Shown here: in pieces, positions 50,503-58,570 of the stretch
How positions within the stretch are numbered: the first letter of the stretch is position 1
How the letters are laid out: the number at the start of each line of letters is the position of its first letter
Source of the DNA: an uncultured bacterium
GTDB taxonomy: Bacteria > Zixibacteria > MSB-5A5 > GN15 > FEB-12
Assembly: GCA_965372795.1 (NCBI GenBank)
Contig: CBDVDR010000002.1
Span: 1 to 64,000, forward strand
Reading direction: 5' to 3'
DNA length: 64,000 nt
Notes under the pieces: generated by a model
Databases searched by the model: none
What the model was told of the DNA's origin: nothing
Seen by the model: the letters and a program-made list of their open reading frames with translations, nothing else
Made by a program: the position numbers and the translations under genes

Positions 50503-51771
50503 CTATTTAAGTAAAAATTCAGAATTGCTAACATGTGCAAAATGACAATCAATACATTTTGACTTTTCCAATTTTTCGGCTGGATGAGCTTCTGATGGCT
50601 CAATATCATGGCAATTCATACAAAGTTCACTATCTTGAAGCTCTTCTTTGGTCATTTCACCATCGTGACAGGACTCACAATCACCCTCTTCAAATGGCGG
50701 GTGATAATTGGTCTTGATTATAGCTGAATTCTCAGAACCATGAGGATCATGGCAATTTGAGCATTTTGAAGGAGTCAATGAAGCATGCTTCTCAAGAAAA
50801 TCATCATCTTCAATATCATGGCAACCCGTGCATAAATCTTCCTCAGGGTCGATTAAAACACCTGCATGAGGGTCATGACAGGCGGTACAATCATCATCTA
50901 ATACAGCAGCATGGGCAAATTCAAGTTCGAGTTTTTCTTCAATCTCGGAATGACATCCAAAACATAAATCCAGTTGAGTATCTTCTACTAAATGATTTCC
51001 ACCCTTTTTATAGTGAGGAGTATGGCAAACAAGACAGTCCTCATCTTCAAGAATTGTATGGACTTTTTCTGACTCCATTTTTTCTTTTATATCAGTATGA
51101 CAACTAAGGCAAAGATCAGTTGGTTCATCTTTTAAAATTGAACCATAATCGGAAGTATGCCCGGTGTGGCATTGTTCACAAGAATTCAAATCTTTTCCGG
51201 AGTGCATTTCGTTTGGTTGGAAATCAATGAAATCGGCATGACAATCAAGACAAATATACCCCGTAGGTAATAGTAACATCCCCGGGAATAATGACCCATG
51301 AGGGTTATGACAAGTCAGACAATTCTTTTTTGCGTATGGTTCATGAATATTTTTATCATCAGGGTCGGGCTCATCATGACATTCAAAACATAACTCAGGA
51401 ACTTTTTCCTTCAGAAAAAATTTATTCTTGGATGAATGAGGACTATGACAATTTGAACAGCCAATCTCATCCAAGATTGGATAGTGAATCTGATCTTCTT
51501 CTAACTCTATGATAGTTTCATGACAATTTGAGCAAAAATCTTTTGATTCACCTATAAATTCTATCTTATTTCGAAATTCATGAAATTGATGGCAGGCATA
51601 ACAATCATTATCTTTAAATGGCTTATGATTAATCTTGCCCTTTAATCTCTTGGCAATATTTTTATGACAATCAGTACAATTTTTCTCTTTATAACTTGTA
51701 ATAGCGGTAACCGGCAGCAAAGCAGCAACAACTATGTAAATCAAAAAGTATTTCAAAAAAATTCGTAACAT
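50503..51771 (-). CDS. 17-heme acidic cytochrome c (doubled-CxxCH repeat type)
   Basis: Signal peptide; 17 CxxCH in repeated CxxCHxPH...LCxxCH units; Asp/Glu rich. Confidence 0.93.
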   Translation of the reverse strand: MLRIFLKYFLIYIVVAALLPVTAITSYKEKNCTDCHKNIAKRLKGKINHKPFKDNDCYACHQFHEFRNKIEFIGESKDFCSNCHETIIELEEDQIHYPILDEIGCSNCHSPHSSKNKFFLKEKVPELCFECHDEPDPDDKNIHEPYAKKNCLTCHNPHGSLFPGMLLLPTGYICLDCHADFIDFQPNEMHSGKDLNSCEQCHTGHTSDYGSILKDEPTDLCLSCHTDIKEKMESEKVHTILEDEDCLVCHTPHYKKGGNHLVEDTQLDLCFGCHSEIEEKLELEFAHAAVLDDDCTACHDPHAGVLIDPEEDLCTGCHDIEDDDFLEKHASLTPSKCSNCHDPHGSENSAIIKTNYHPPFEEGDCESCHDGEMTKEELQDSELCMNCHDIEPSEAHPAEKLEKSKCIDCHFAHVSNSEFLLK

Positions 51772-51791
51772 TTGTGCTCTATTTTTTAATC

Positions 51792-52643
51792 CTAGTCTAT
51801 CTTATATATATTTTCGTCAATTTCTTGATTTATTTTAACAGACTTAATTGTATATTCTGACATTTTTAATCCCATTGATACATTCATCTTTGAAGAAGGC
51901 AATATATAACCATCATATTCCTGAAATGCAGAAAAGTAATTAATGAAAACTGTCCTGTATTCATCTTGAATTATCATTCCTTCAATTTTTTTTATATAAT
52001 TATCTTCCGGATCAATACCGAGAACCATTATCAATGAATCTTCTTTTTTTAAATAAATATAATTAAGAGAGTCATCCAATCTTGTTCCAAATTTGATTTC
52101 AGGAAATGTTTTATAATTTGCACCTGCTGGCATTGATAAGACAAGATAGCTGTACAATTCAGCTTTATATCCACCGGTTTCAAGTTGAGCAGAATTATTA
52201 TTTACAGTTTTAAATGCCTTCTCGCTATTTAAAGTGTAAGACACCGTTAGAGTGTCATTAATTGTCCTGATCTTCTTATATTTTAAATCACTATCATATA
52301 ATAGATTTACTATGCCGGTGTTATCATTTAATAACGAGGCCGAGATAAATTCAATATCCATATTTTTTAATTTGTTCAAGTGCTCTAAACCGCCATACTT
52401 ATTTATACAATTATCAAATACTTGATTCCCTTCAGGAGAATCTTTCAAATTAGTTGCTTCATCCCAAAGCGAATCATAATTTAATTTCTCAATCACTTCA
52501 CCTGTATACCAATGACCATGATCTACTACTTTTTGTTCTTTTCCTTTGCTGGCAGCATCGTCATAAGCTAAACCTGAGCAAAACCCCAATAACGAAATTG
52601 CTATTGTAACAGTTATGATTTTTAACAAGATATTTTTTGTCAT
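51792..52643 (-). CDS. Hypothetical exported protein, possibly LolA-like fold
   Basis: Signal peptide; KYGGLE.L.KLK N-terminal motif; C-terminal FSAFQEYDGYILP...VKINQEIDENIY pattern. Confidence 0.55.
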   Translation of the reverse strand: MTKNILLKIITVTIAISLLGFCSGLAYDDAASKGKEQKVVDHGHWYTGEVIEKLNYDSLWDEATNLKDSPEGNQVFDNCINKYGGLEHLNKLKNMDIEFISASLLNDNTGIVNLLYDSDLKYKKIRTINDTLTVSYTLNSEKAFKTVNNNSAQLETGGYKAELYSYLVLSMPAGANYKTFPEIKFGTRLDDSLNYIYLKKEDSLIMVLGIDPEDNYIKKIEGMIIQDEYRTVFINYFSAFQEYDGYILPSSKMNVSMGLKMSEYTIKSVKINQEIDENIYKID

Positions 52644-52724
52644 TTCTATTCCTTTTTAATCTTATACAATTTTTTCGATGGGAAAGATATATAAATTCGT
52701 TGGCATGTCCATACATTAATTCAA

Positions 52725-53843
52725 TTAAGGGTATAAAATTTCAAGAGCTGTTTTAAATGAATTGGCTGCACTGGAAGTGTCAGCAGACTTAAGATATGTT
52801 TTACCAATGTAGAAATGAATTAATGGATCTTTCAAATTCAACTCTAAAGCTTTATTTAAAGAATCCAAAGCTTCCTGATATTTGTTTTGTTCTGCAAGGC
52901 ATAAACCTAAATCCAAAAAGGCAGGGGTAAAGGCATAATCCAATTCAAGCGCTTTACCAAGCTTCACCAACGATTCCTCGACCTGATTATCCCTTAAAAG
53001 TGCCTGTCCGTAACCGGCCCAGGCTGCTACAAAGGTAGTGTCAAGTTCTGTTGCTTTTTTAAATGCTTCAATAGCTAATGGAACTTTGTCAAGACTTAGG
53101 TAAATTTCACCTCTTAAACTATATGGAACTGCAAAATTTGTATCGGCTTCTATAGAAAGCTCAAGATTTGATAAGGCTCGTTCGTAGCTTCTTTTGCGAT
53201 TGAGGTTGACGGCCAGACCATAATATCTCAAGGAGCGTTTTTTAGGACTGTATCCTTTTTTGACAACTGTTGTCACACTGGCTGATTTTAATCCAAGAAG
53301 GACCTCTATTGAATCAATGATTAAATCTTTAGTTGTTAGCGAATATCCGGCTGGTCCATACCGCAGGATTCCGCTTGAATCAAGAATTGCCGTCGAAGGG
53401 ACCGCAATAACACCAAATTCATAAAATATATCCAAACCATCATCAATTATAACCGGAAAGGGGAGGTCTTTGGCTGCAATCAAATCTAAGACTAATTGTC
53501 GTTGTTTACCGACCAATTCCTCGCTATCTACATTAATAGCAACTATCTTGACCGGCTTTTCTCCTAAATCATTATAAATTTCTTTTAAGGCATCTAATTC
53601 TTCCAGTGACCTTTTTGACCAGGAGGACCAGAATACTACGATTAGAAGATTATTATCTGCGGTATAAGCAGAAGTAGATATCTTTTCGCCTGTTTTAATA
53701 TCCAAACCGGTAACAGTTGGTGCTTTCATACCCTCATTTAGATACTTAAAAGCCGCGGTTGCCGATGGTACTAACAAAATCCCCGGTAAAACCAGAAGTA
53801 ATGTGACAAATACTTTTTTAAAGGTACTAAAATTCCAGATCAT
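52725..53843 (-). CDS. TlpA/ResA-like thioredoxin-fold protein (CxxC replaced by SKRS) fused to TPR repeats
   Basis: LIVVFWSSWSKRSLEEL, VAINVD, FGVIAVPSTAILDSSG, then TPR helices. Confidence 0.85.
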   Translation of the reverse strand: MIWNFSTFKKVFVTLLLVLPGILLVPSATAAFKYLNEGMKAPTVTGLDIKTGEKISTSAYTADNNLLIVVFWSSWSKRSLEELDALKEIYNDLGEKPVKIVAINVDSEELVGKQRQLVLDLIAAKDLPFPVIIDDGLDIFYEFGVIAVPSTAILDSSGILRYGPAGYSLTTKDLIIDSIEVLLGLKSASVTTVVKKGYSPKKRSLRYYGLAVNLNRKRSYERALSNLELSIEADTNFAVPYSLRGEIYLSLDKVPLAIEAFKKATELDTTFVAAWAGYGQALLRDNQVEESLVKLGKALELDYAFTPAFLDLGLCLAEQNKYQEALDSLNKALELNLKDPLIHFYIGKTYLKSADTSSAANSFKTALEILYP

Positions 53844-54376
53844 TTTTTCCCTTTCAAAAGTGTAAATTGGAGAACTTTCTGGAAAATTTCCACAGCCTGG
53901 GCTGTATCATTCTGTTCAAGCAGAGTTACACCTTTTAAATATAATGCCTCTCCTTGGCGGGGCTTAATAGCCAGAATATTATCTATTAATTCTGAGGCTC
54001 CGGTAACATTATTTTGGGCTAAATAAATTCTTGCCAGTGATATCTTCAATTTTGAAGATAGAGGCGCTTTTGAGATCCCATCTGTTAAGATTAATGTTGC
54101 TTGAGTTGTATCTCCGGATTGAACCAGAATTGAGGCTTTATAATAATGAGCATCAGGGTTTTTGGCATCAATGGCTAAAACAGAATCAAGCAGAGGAAGA
54201 GCCTCGGAAGCCTTATTATCATTAATAAGAGCTTTGGACTCTTTTAAAAAATGACGACTTAGTTTTACCCGTTTACGTTTTTCCTGAGCTGAGTCCGATA
54301 TTGTTTGTGAATAAGCATTGATCGGAACTCCGGCAATTATTAAAATACTCAACCAGACTAATAACGCTTTTTTCAT
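53840..54376 (-). CDS. TPR-repeat exported protein
   Basis: Signal peptide; repeated A...L..IDAKNPDAHYYKA and PRQGEALYLKG TPR motifs. Confidence 0.85.
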   Translation of the reverse strand: MKKALLVWLSILIIAGVPINAYSQTISDSAQEKRKRVKLSRHFLKESKALINDNKASEALPLLDSVLAIDAKNPDAHYYKASILVQSGDTTQATLILTDGISKAPLSSKLKISLARIYLAQNNVTGASELIDNILAIKPRQGEALYLKGVTLLEQNDTAQAVEIFQKVLQFTLLKGKK

Positions 54377-55632
54377 TTCCTATGATATTCCTTTGGCGAA
54401 TGACAGCCTACTACACATTTACCGCCATCTGAAAATTTAGTAAATGTGACCGGGAGCTCCCAGTTCATTTTCCCAAATGGCACAGATTTACGAATATGCT
54501 TTTCCTGGCTCGAAGCGTGAACCTGATGACAGGCTTTACAACTTCTACCCTTAACTTCCTTATTGACATGTAGGAAATGCAAATTTATTTCTCCATCCCT
54601 AAAGTCCGTTAATGTAGTAGTTTTTTGGTCAAGTGCAATATCTTTATTGTGACATTCAAAACAACTGGCATAATTACTGGTTGAATATGAATTATAAAAC
54701 TCTTCTGGGAAATATTTTCTCAATATACGATGATTTTGACTTCCATGTGGATCATGACAGGCATTACAGTCACCATCTTTTATCGGACCATGTTTATGCG
54801 TTTGCTCTGAAACATATTCACCTAATTCGCTGTGACAAGTAAAACAAAGCTCTACTTGAGGTTTGTGGAACATACGGGGGTTATCTGAAGCATGAACATT
54901 ATGACATTGACTGCATTTTCCTTCAGATACCGGAGGATGTGGAAATTCTGCAGTAAGACTTGAAGCTAAATCTGTATGACAATCAAGACAAAGATCAGGT
55001 TCACTGGCTGGTAATAAGAATTTGTTTGTATTCGAATGGGGATTATGACAATTAGTGCAATCTTCTTCTACAGGCTTATGAATATGTCGTTTATCGGGGA
55101 TGTCTGCTTGTTCTTTGTGACAAATATAACAAATTTGCTCAGGCGGTTCTATCAACTGATTGACATTGGCGGAAGAATGAGGGTTATGGCAAACATTACA
55201 ATCACCAACTCCGACAGGACCATGGACAAATTCCATCGTGAAATCATCCTGTTTGTGACATTGGTAACACAGTTCTGAGGCATTTCCCTTTAATGAAAAT
55301 CGATTGTCAGATTGATGTGGATCATGACAGCCGACACAGTCACCATCTGCAACTGGAGTATGTAAGTGATCCTCAAGCATCATTTCACGATTATCCTCAT
55401 GACAATTGAAGCAAAGTTCTTCTCTTTCAGCTGTCAAGGTGAATTTATGTTTTTTACCTTCTACCGGGGCATGACAAATATTACAAATACCAGCTCCAAC
55501 CGGACCATGTACAAAGGCTTTGGTGCCCATATCCTCATGGCATTTAGACTTTACGCACCCTGCATCTGATTGTGCAAATGAGCAAAGCGGTATTAAGAAA
55601 AATAAGGTCAGGGTTGCAATTAATAATTTCAC
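54373..55632 (-). CDS. ~15-heme cytochrome c (13 CxxCH + CX4CH + CX3CH)
   Basis: Repeated HGPV..G.CxxCHxPHxS...LCxxCH units. Start moved from 55671 to GTG 55632 (GGAGG-N6-GTG). Confidence 0.93.
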   Translation of the reverse strand: MKLLIATLTLFFLIPLCSFAQSDAGCVKSKCHEDMGTKAFVHGPVGAGICNICHAPVEGKKHKFTLTAEREELCFNCHEDNREMMLEDHLHTPVADGDCVGCHDPHQSDNRFSLKGNASELCYQCHKQDDFTMEFVHGPVGVGDCNVCHNPHSSANVNQLIEPPEQICYICHKEQADIPDKRHIHKPVEEDCTNCHNPHSNTNKFLLPASEPDLCLDCHTDLASSLTAEFPHPPVSEGKCSQCHNVHASDNPRMFHKPQVELCFTCHSELGEYVSEQTHKHGPIKDGDCNACHDPHGSQNHRILRKYFPEEFYNSYSTSNYASCFECHNKDIALDQKTTTLTDFRDGEINLHFLHVNKEVKGRSCKACHQVHASSQEKHIRKSVPFGKMNWELPVTFTKFSDGGKCVVGCHSPKEYHRK

Positions 55633-55698
55633 TTTATGCCTCCAATAAAAACTATGTATAATCTTATTCAATAGTCAAAAATAGGATACTCTATGACT

Positions 55699-55734
55699 AT
55701 GTGAAAATAATAACAAATGCCTCGACTTTGTCAA
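55699..55734 (-). promoter_or_regulatory. Sigma70 promoter with overlapping Rex-like operator
   Basis: Minus strand TTGACA-N16-TATTAT with TGn extension. Box ATGTGAAAATAATAACAA (55699-55716) covers the -10. Confidence 0.65.
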
Positions 55735-55824
55735 GGTATTGTTCATCTGAATATCTATTTTATTAGATCGGGGGATTCTCCCAAATCTTGACTTTTTCTT
55801 ATAAGATATTGTAGTAGAGGACTA

Positions 55825-55856
55825 TATGAGTTTCGTTTTGTGAAACGAAACTCATA
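55825..55856. repeat. Perfect 14-bp inverted repeat in divergent intergenic region
   Basis: TATGAGTTTCGTTT-TGTG-AAACGAAACTCATA. Confidence 0.85.
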
Positions 55857-56102
55857 ATTTAGTCTAAATTAAATTCCATCATTATATCAATTCCTGATGG
55901 TCTCAGCATCATTAATACTTTTATACCTATGTTTTAATATCAACTGTGGATTTACTCATATAGCTGTGATAAATTTTATAACCCGTTTATGGAACATTCT
56001 ATTTATAAATCCGTTTGAAAAGGTTGAATAATAAACACATTCAACTATATTAGTTTCTTGAAATTATTGATTTTTATATAAATTAGACTAGGGAAGACAC
56101 AA

Positions 56103-56642
56103 ATGGAAAACCTTTTTAAACAACTTCTTATAGATATTGGCGAAGATACTAACCGCGAGGGTTTACTGAAAACCCCGATGAGGGCTGCTAAAGCATATAA
56201 ATTCTTGACCAAAGGGTACTCAGAAGATCTCGACAAAATTATTAACAACGCTATTTTCGAAACTGATACCAGCGAAATGGTTCTCGTGAAAAATATCGAA
56301 CTCTATTCAATGTGCGAACATCATCTGCTGCCGTTTATTGGAAAATGCCATGTCGCTTATATCCCCAATGGAAAAGTAATAGGACTTTCTAAAATTGCCA
56401 GAATTGTTGATGTCTTTGCCCGTCGCTTACAAATTCAGGAAAATCTTACCCGGCAAATAGCTGATACGGTTCAAAAATATACCGATGCGGTCGGCGTGGC
56501 GGTTGTTATTGAAGCCCAGCATTTATGTATGATGATGCGCGGTGTTGAAAAACAAAATTCAGTTATGATAACCTCGTGTGTCCTGGGTGAACTCCACGAT
56601 GACCCGTCAACCCGGGCAGAGTTTTTCAGTCTAATTAAATAA
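56103..56642 (+). CDS. folE: GTP cyclohydrolase I
   Basis: [42 protein letters not shown]. Confidence 0.97.
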   Translation: MENLFKQLLIDIGEDTNREGLLKTPMRAAKAYKFLTKGYSEDLDKIINNAIFETDTSEMVLVKNIELYSMCEHHLLPFIGKCHVAYIPNGKVIGLSKIARIVDVFARRLQIQENLTRQIADTVQKYTDAVGVAVVIEAQHLCMMMRGVEKQNSVMITSCVLGELHDDPSTRAEFFSLIK

Positions 56643-56652
56643 GGGGAGACAA

Positions 56653-57864
56653 ATGCTCCTTACGGTCAGCAAGAGGTTCGAATTTTCATCCTCGCACCGT
56701 TACTTTATCAAATCACTGTCTGAGCCGGAAAATTATAAGCTCTTTGGTGATAAATCAAAAGGCAATTACGGCCATGGTCATAACTATGTCGTTTATTTCC
56801 AGTTTACCGGAGCAATAGATCATAAAACCGGCATGGTTATAAATGTTGCCGATATAAAAAATGCTGTCCTGCCCCTGCTTGAAAAAAAGTACGATCATAA
56901 ATTTCTAAACCTCGATACCAAACCGTTTGACAAAATTCTACCAACTCCCGAAAATCTTTCAATAGCATTGTTCAATGATGTCGCTGACCTTTTTAAAAAC
57001 TCAAATATCAAATTACATGCCTGCCGACTTGATGAAACCGGACAATGCTCTACCAAAACTTTTTCAGCCGGACAAATTGAGCGAACTCTAAAGCTCGATT
57101 TCTCCGCCGCCCGTAGAACCTGCTCGCCCCATCTTACCGACAAAGAAAACGAACAGCTCTTCGGCGTCGCATCGTCACCCACCGGGCATGGCCATCACTA
57201 TCAAACCTATATAACCCTCACGGATAAATTTGATGAACAAAAAGGGATGGTTGTCCCCGATGTCGAATCAGAACCGGTACTGCAACGGCTGTTTGATGAG
57301 CTTGACCATCGCAATCTTAATCTTGAAGTCAAGGCGTTGTCGGCTCTTCCGGTAACAACCGAAATTATCTCAAGATATATTTTTGATCGCTTAAAAAAAG
57401 AACTGCCGGTTACAAAAATAAGACTGCTTGAAAACGAAAACTTTTTCGTTGAATATGATAATAATAACAATTTCCGGATGGGCGTTAAACAATCCTTTTA
57501 TTCAGCTCACCGACTCAACAGCAGCGAACTTTCTGAAAATGAAAATCTTTCGCTCTACGGCAAATGCAATAACTTGCATGGTCATGGTCACCAGTATTTT
57601 GTCGAATGTGTTGTCGATGGCAACATCGATGAACGCACCGGCACTATCGGTGATCTGGTTGGACTAAATAACAAACTGAAGCTTGTCCTTGATGACTGGA
57701 ACTATCGCCACCTCGATCTGGAAACCGATGATTTTAAAAATCTTCCAACAACCGGTGAAAATATCGTATCAGTCTTATGGGAGAAACTCGAAAAATCTAT
57801 AAATAATTTATACCAGATCAAACTATGGGAAACCCCCAATAATTGCTTTACTCTAAAAAAGTAA
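56653..57864 (+). CDS. Triple-domain 6-pyruvoyl-tetrahydropterin synthase (PTPS/QueD family)
   Basis: Three T-fold repeats each with GHGHxY; the third has YGKCNNLHGHGHQY, PTTGEN and WETPNN. Confidence 0.88.
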   Translation: MLLTVSKRFEFSSSHRYFIKSLSEPENYKLFGDKSKGNYGHGHNYVVYFQFTGAIDHKTGMVINVADIKNAVLPLLEKKYDHKFLNLDTKPFDKILPTPENLSIALFNDVADLFKNSNIKLHACRLDETGQCSTKTFSAGQIERTLKLDFSAARRTCSPHLTDKENEQLFGVASSPTGHGHHYQTYITLTDKFDEQKGMVVPDVESEPVLQRLFDELDHRNLNLEVKALSALPVTTEIISRYIFDRLKKELPVTKIRLLENENFFVEYDNNNNFRMGVKQSFYSAHRLNSSELSENENLSLYGKCNNLHGHGHQYFVECVVDGNIDERTGTIGDLVGLNNKLKLVLDDWNYRHLDLETDDFKNLPTTGENIVSVLWEKLEKSINNLYQIKLWETPNNCFTLKK

Positions 57865-57877
57865 CACCGGAGGAATT

Positions 57878-58570
57878 TTGAAAAACTGTTTTATAACCGG
57901 AGCCAGCCGGGGAGTAGGCCGCGCAGCAGCCCTGGAACTTTCTAAAAATTATGATCATATCTATATCCTCGGAAGAGACCGCTCCGCTTTAGAAAACACA
58001 GCAAAATTAATTAAAAATAATAACAGTACACCACACATCATTGAAGGTGATTTTTCAACTGTCGACGGTATAAAATCTGTGATAGATAAGATTAAAGACA
58101 TTTCATTTCATGCCATTATTAATAACGCCGGCATTGCAGAAATTAGCAGTCTGAAAAATATGACCATTGAGTTCTGGAACAAAACCTTCAACGTCAATGT
58201 CACCGCGCCGTTTTTGATCTCTCAAGCCCTCTTTGAAAATATGCCCGAAGGCAGTTCTATCGTCAACATCCTTTCAGTCGCATCAAAAAAAGGCTTCCCC
58301 GAATGGAGCAGTTATTGCATGAGTAAATATGCCCTGGATGGTTTTTCTCTCGCTATCCGGGAAGAGCTAAGAGAACGAAAGATCAGGGTGGTTAATATTT
58401 ATCCCGGCGCCATTGATACCGATATCTGGAATTCTTTACCCGGTGAATGGCCCCTTGATAAGATGATGAAACCCGACCAAATTGCCAAAGCCATCAGCTT
58501 TGCTCTTGATCGTCCGGACAATGTGCTGATTGAGGATATTACTATTACTAATTCATCCGGGAATTTTTAA
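57878..58570 (+). CDS. Short-chain dehydrogenase, sepiapterin-reductase-like
   Basis: TGASRGVG, NNAG, catalytic YCMSK; in an operon with folE and PTPS. Confidence 0.8.
   Translation: MKNCFITGASRGVGRAAALELSKNYDHIYILGRDRSALENTAKLIKNNNSTPHIIEGDFSTVDGIKSVIDKIKDISFHAIINNAGIAEISSLKNMTIEFWNKTFNVNVTAPFLISQALFENMPEGSSIVNILSVASKKGFPEWSSYCMSKYALDGFSLAIREELRERKIRVVNIYPGAIDTDIWNSLPGEWPLDKMMKPDQIAKAISFALDRPDNVLIEDITITNSSGNF

Noticed and set aside
41989..55632. Naming the barrel and cytochromes mtrB/mtrA/dmsE or omcS
   Set aside because: Heme counts and motif spacing do not match what I recall of MtrA or OmcS, so no gene symbols were assigned.
13880..55671. Possible selenocysteine read-through in cytochrome or thioredoxin genes
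   Set aside because: The TGA stops I examined lie at natural C-termini, mostly as ATGA overlaps, and the TlpA site uses TCA (Ser).
55964..55981. Sixth Rex-like box upstream of folE (CTGTGATAAATTTTATAA)
   Set aside because: The right half-site is too degenerate for an AT-rich region.
56653..57864. queD for queuosine biosynthesis
   Set aside because: No queC/queE/queF nearby; the mammalian-type motif and SDR/phhA context favour biopterin synthesis.
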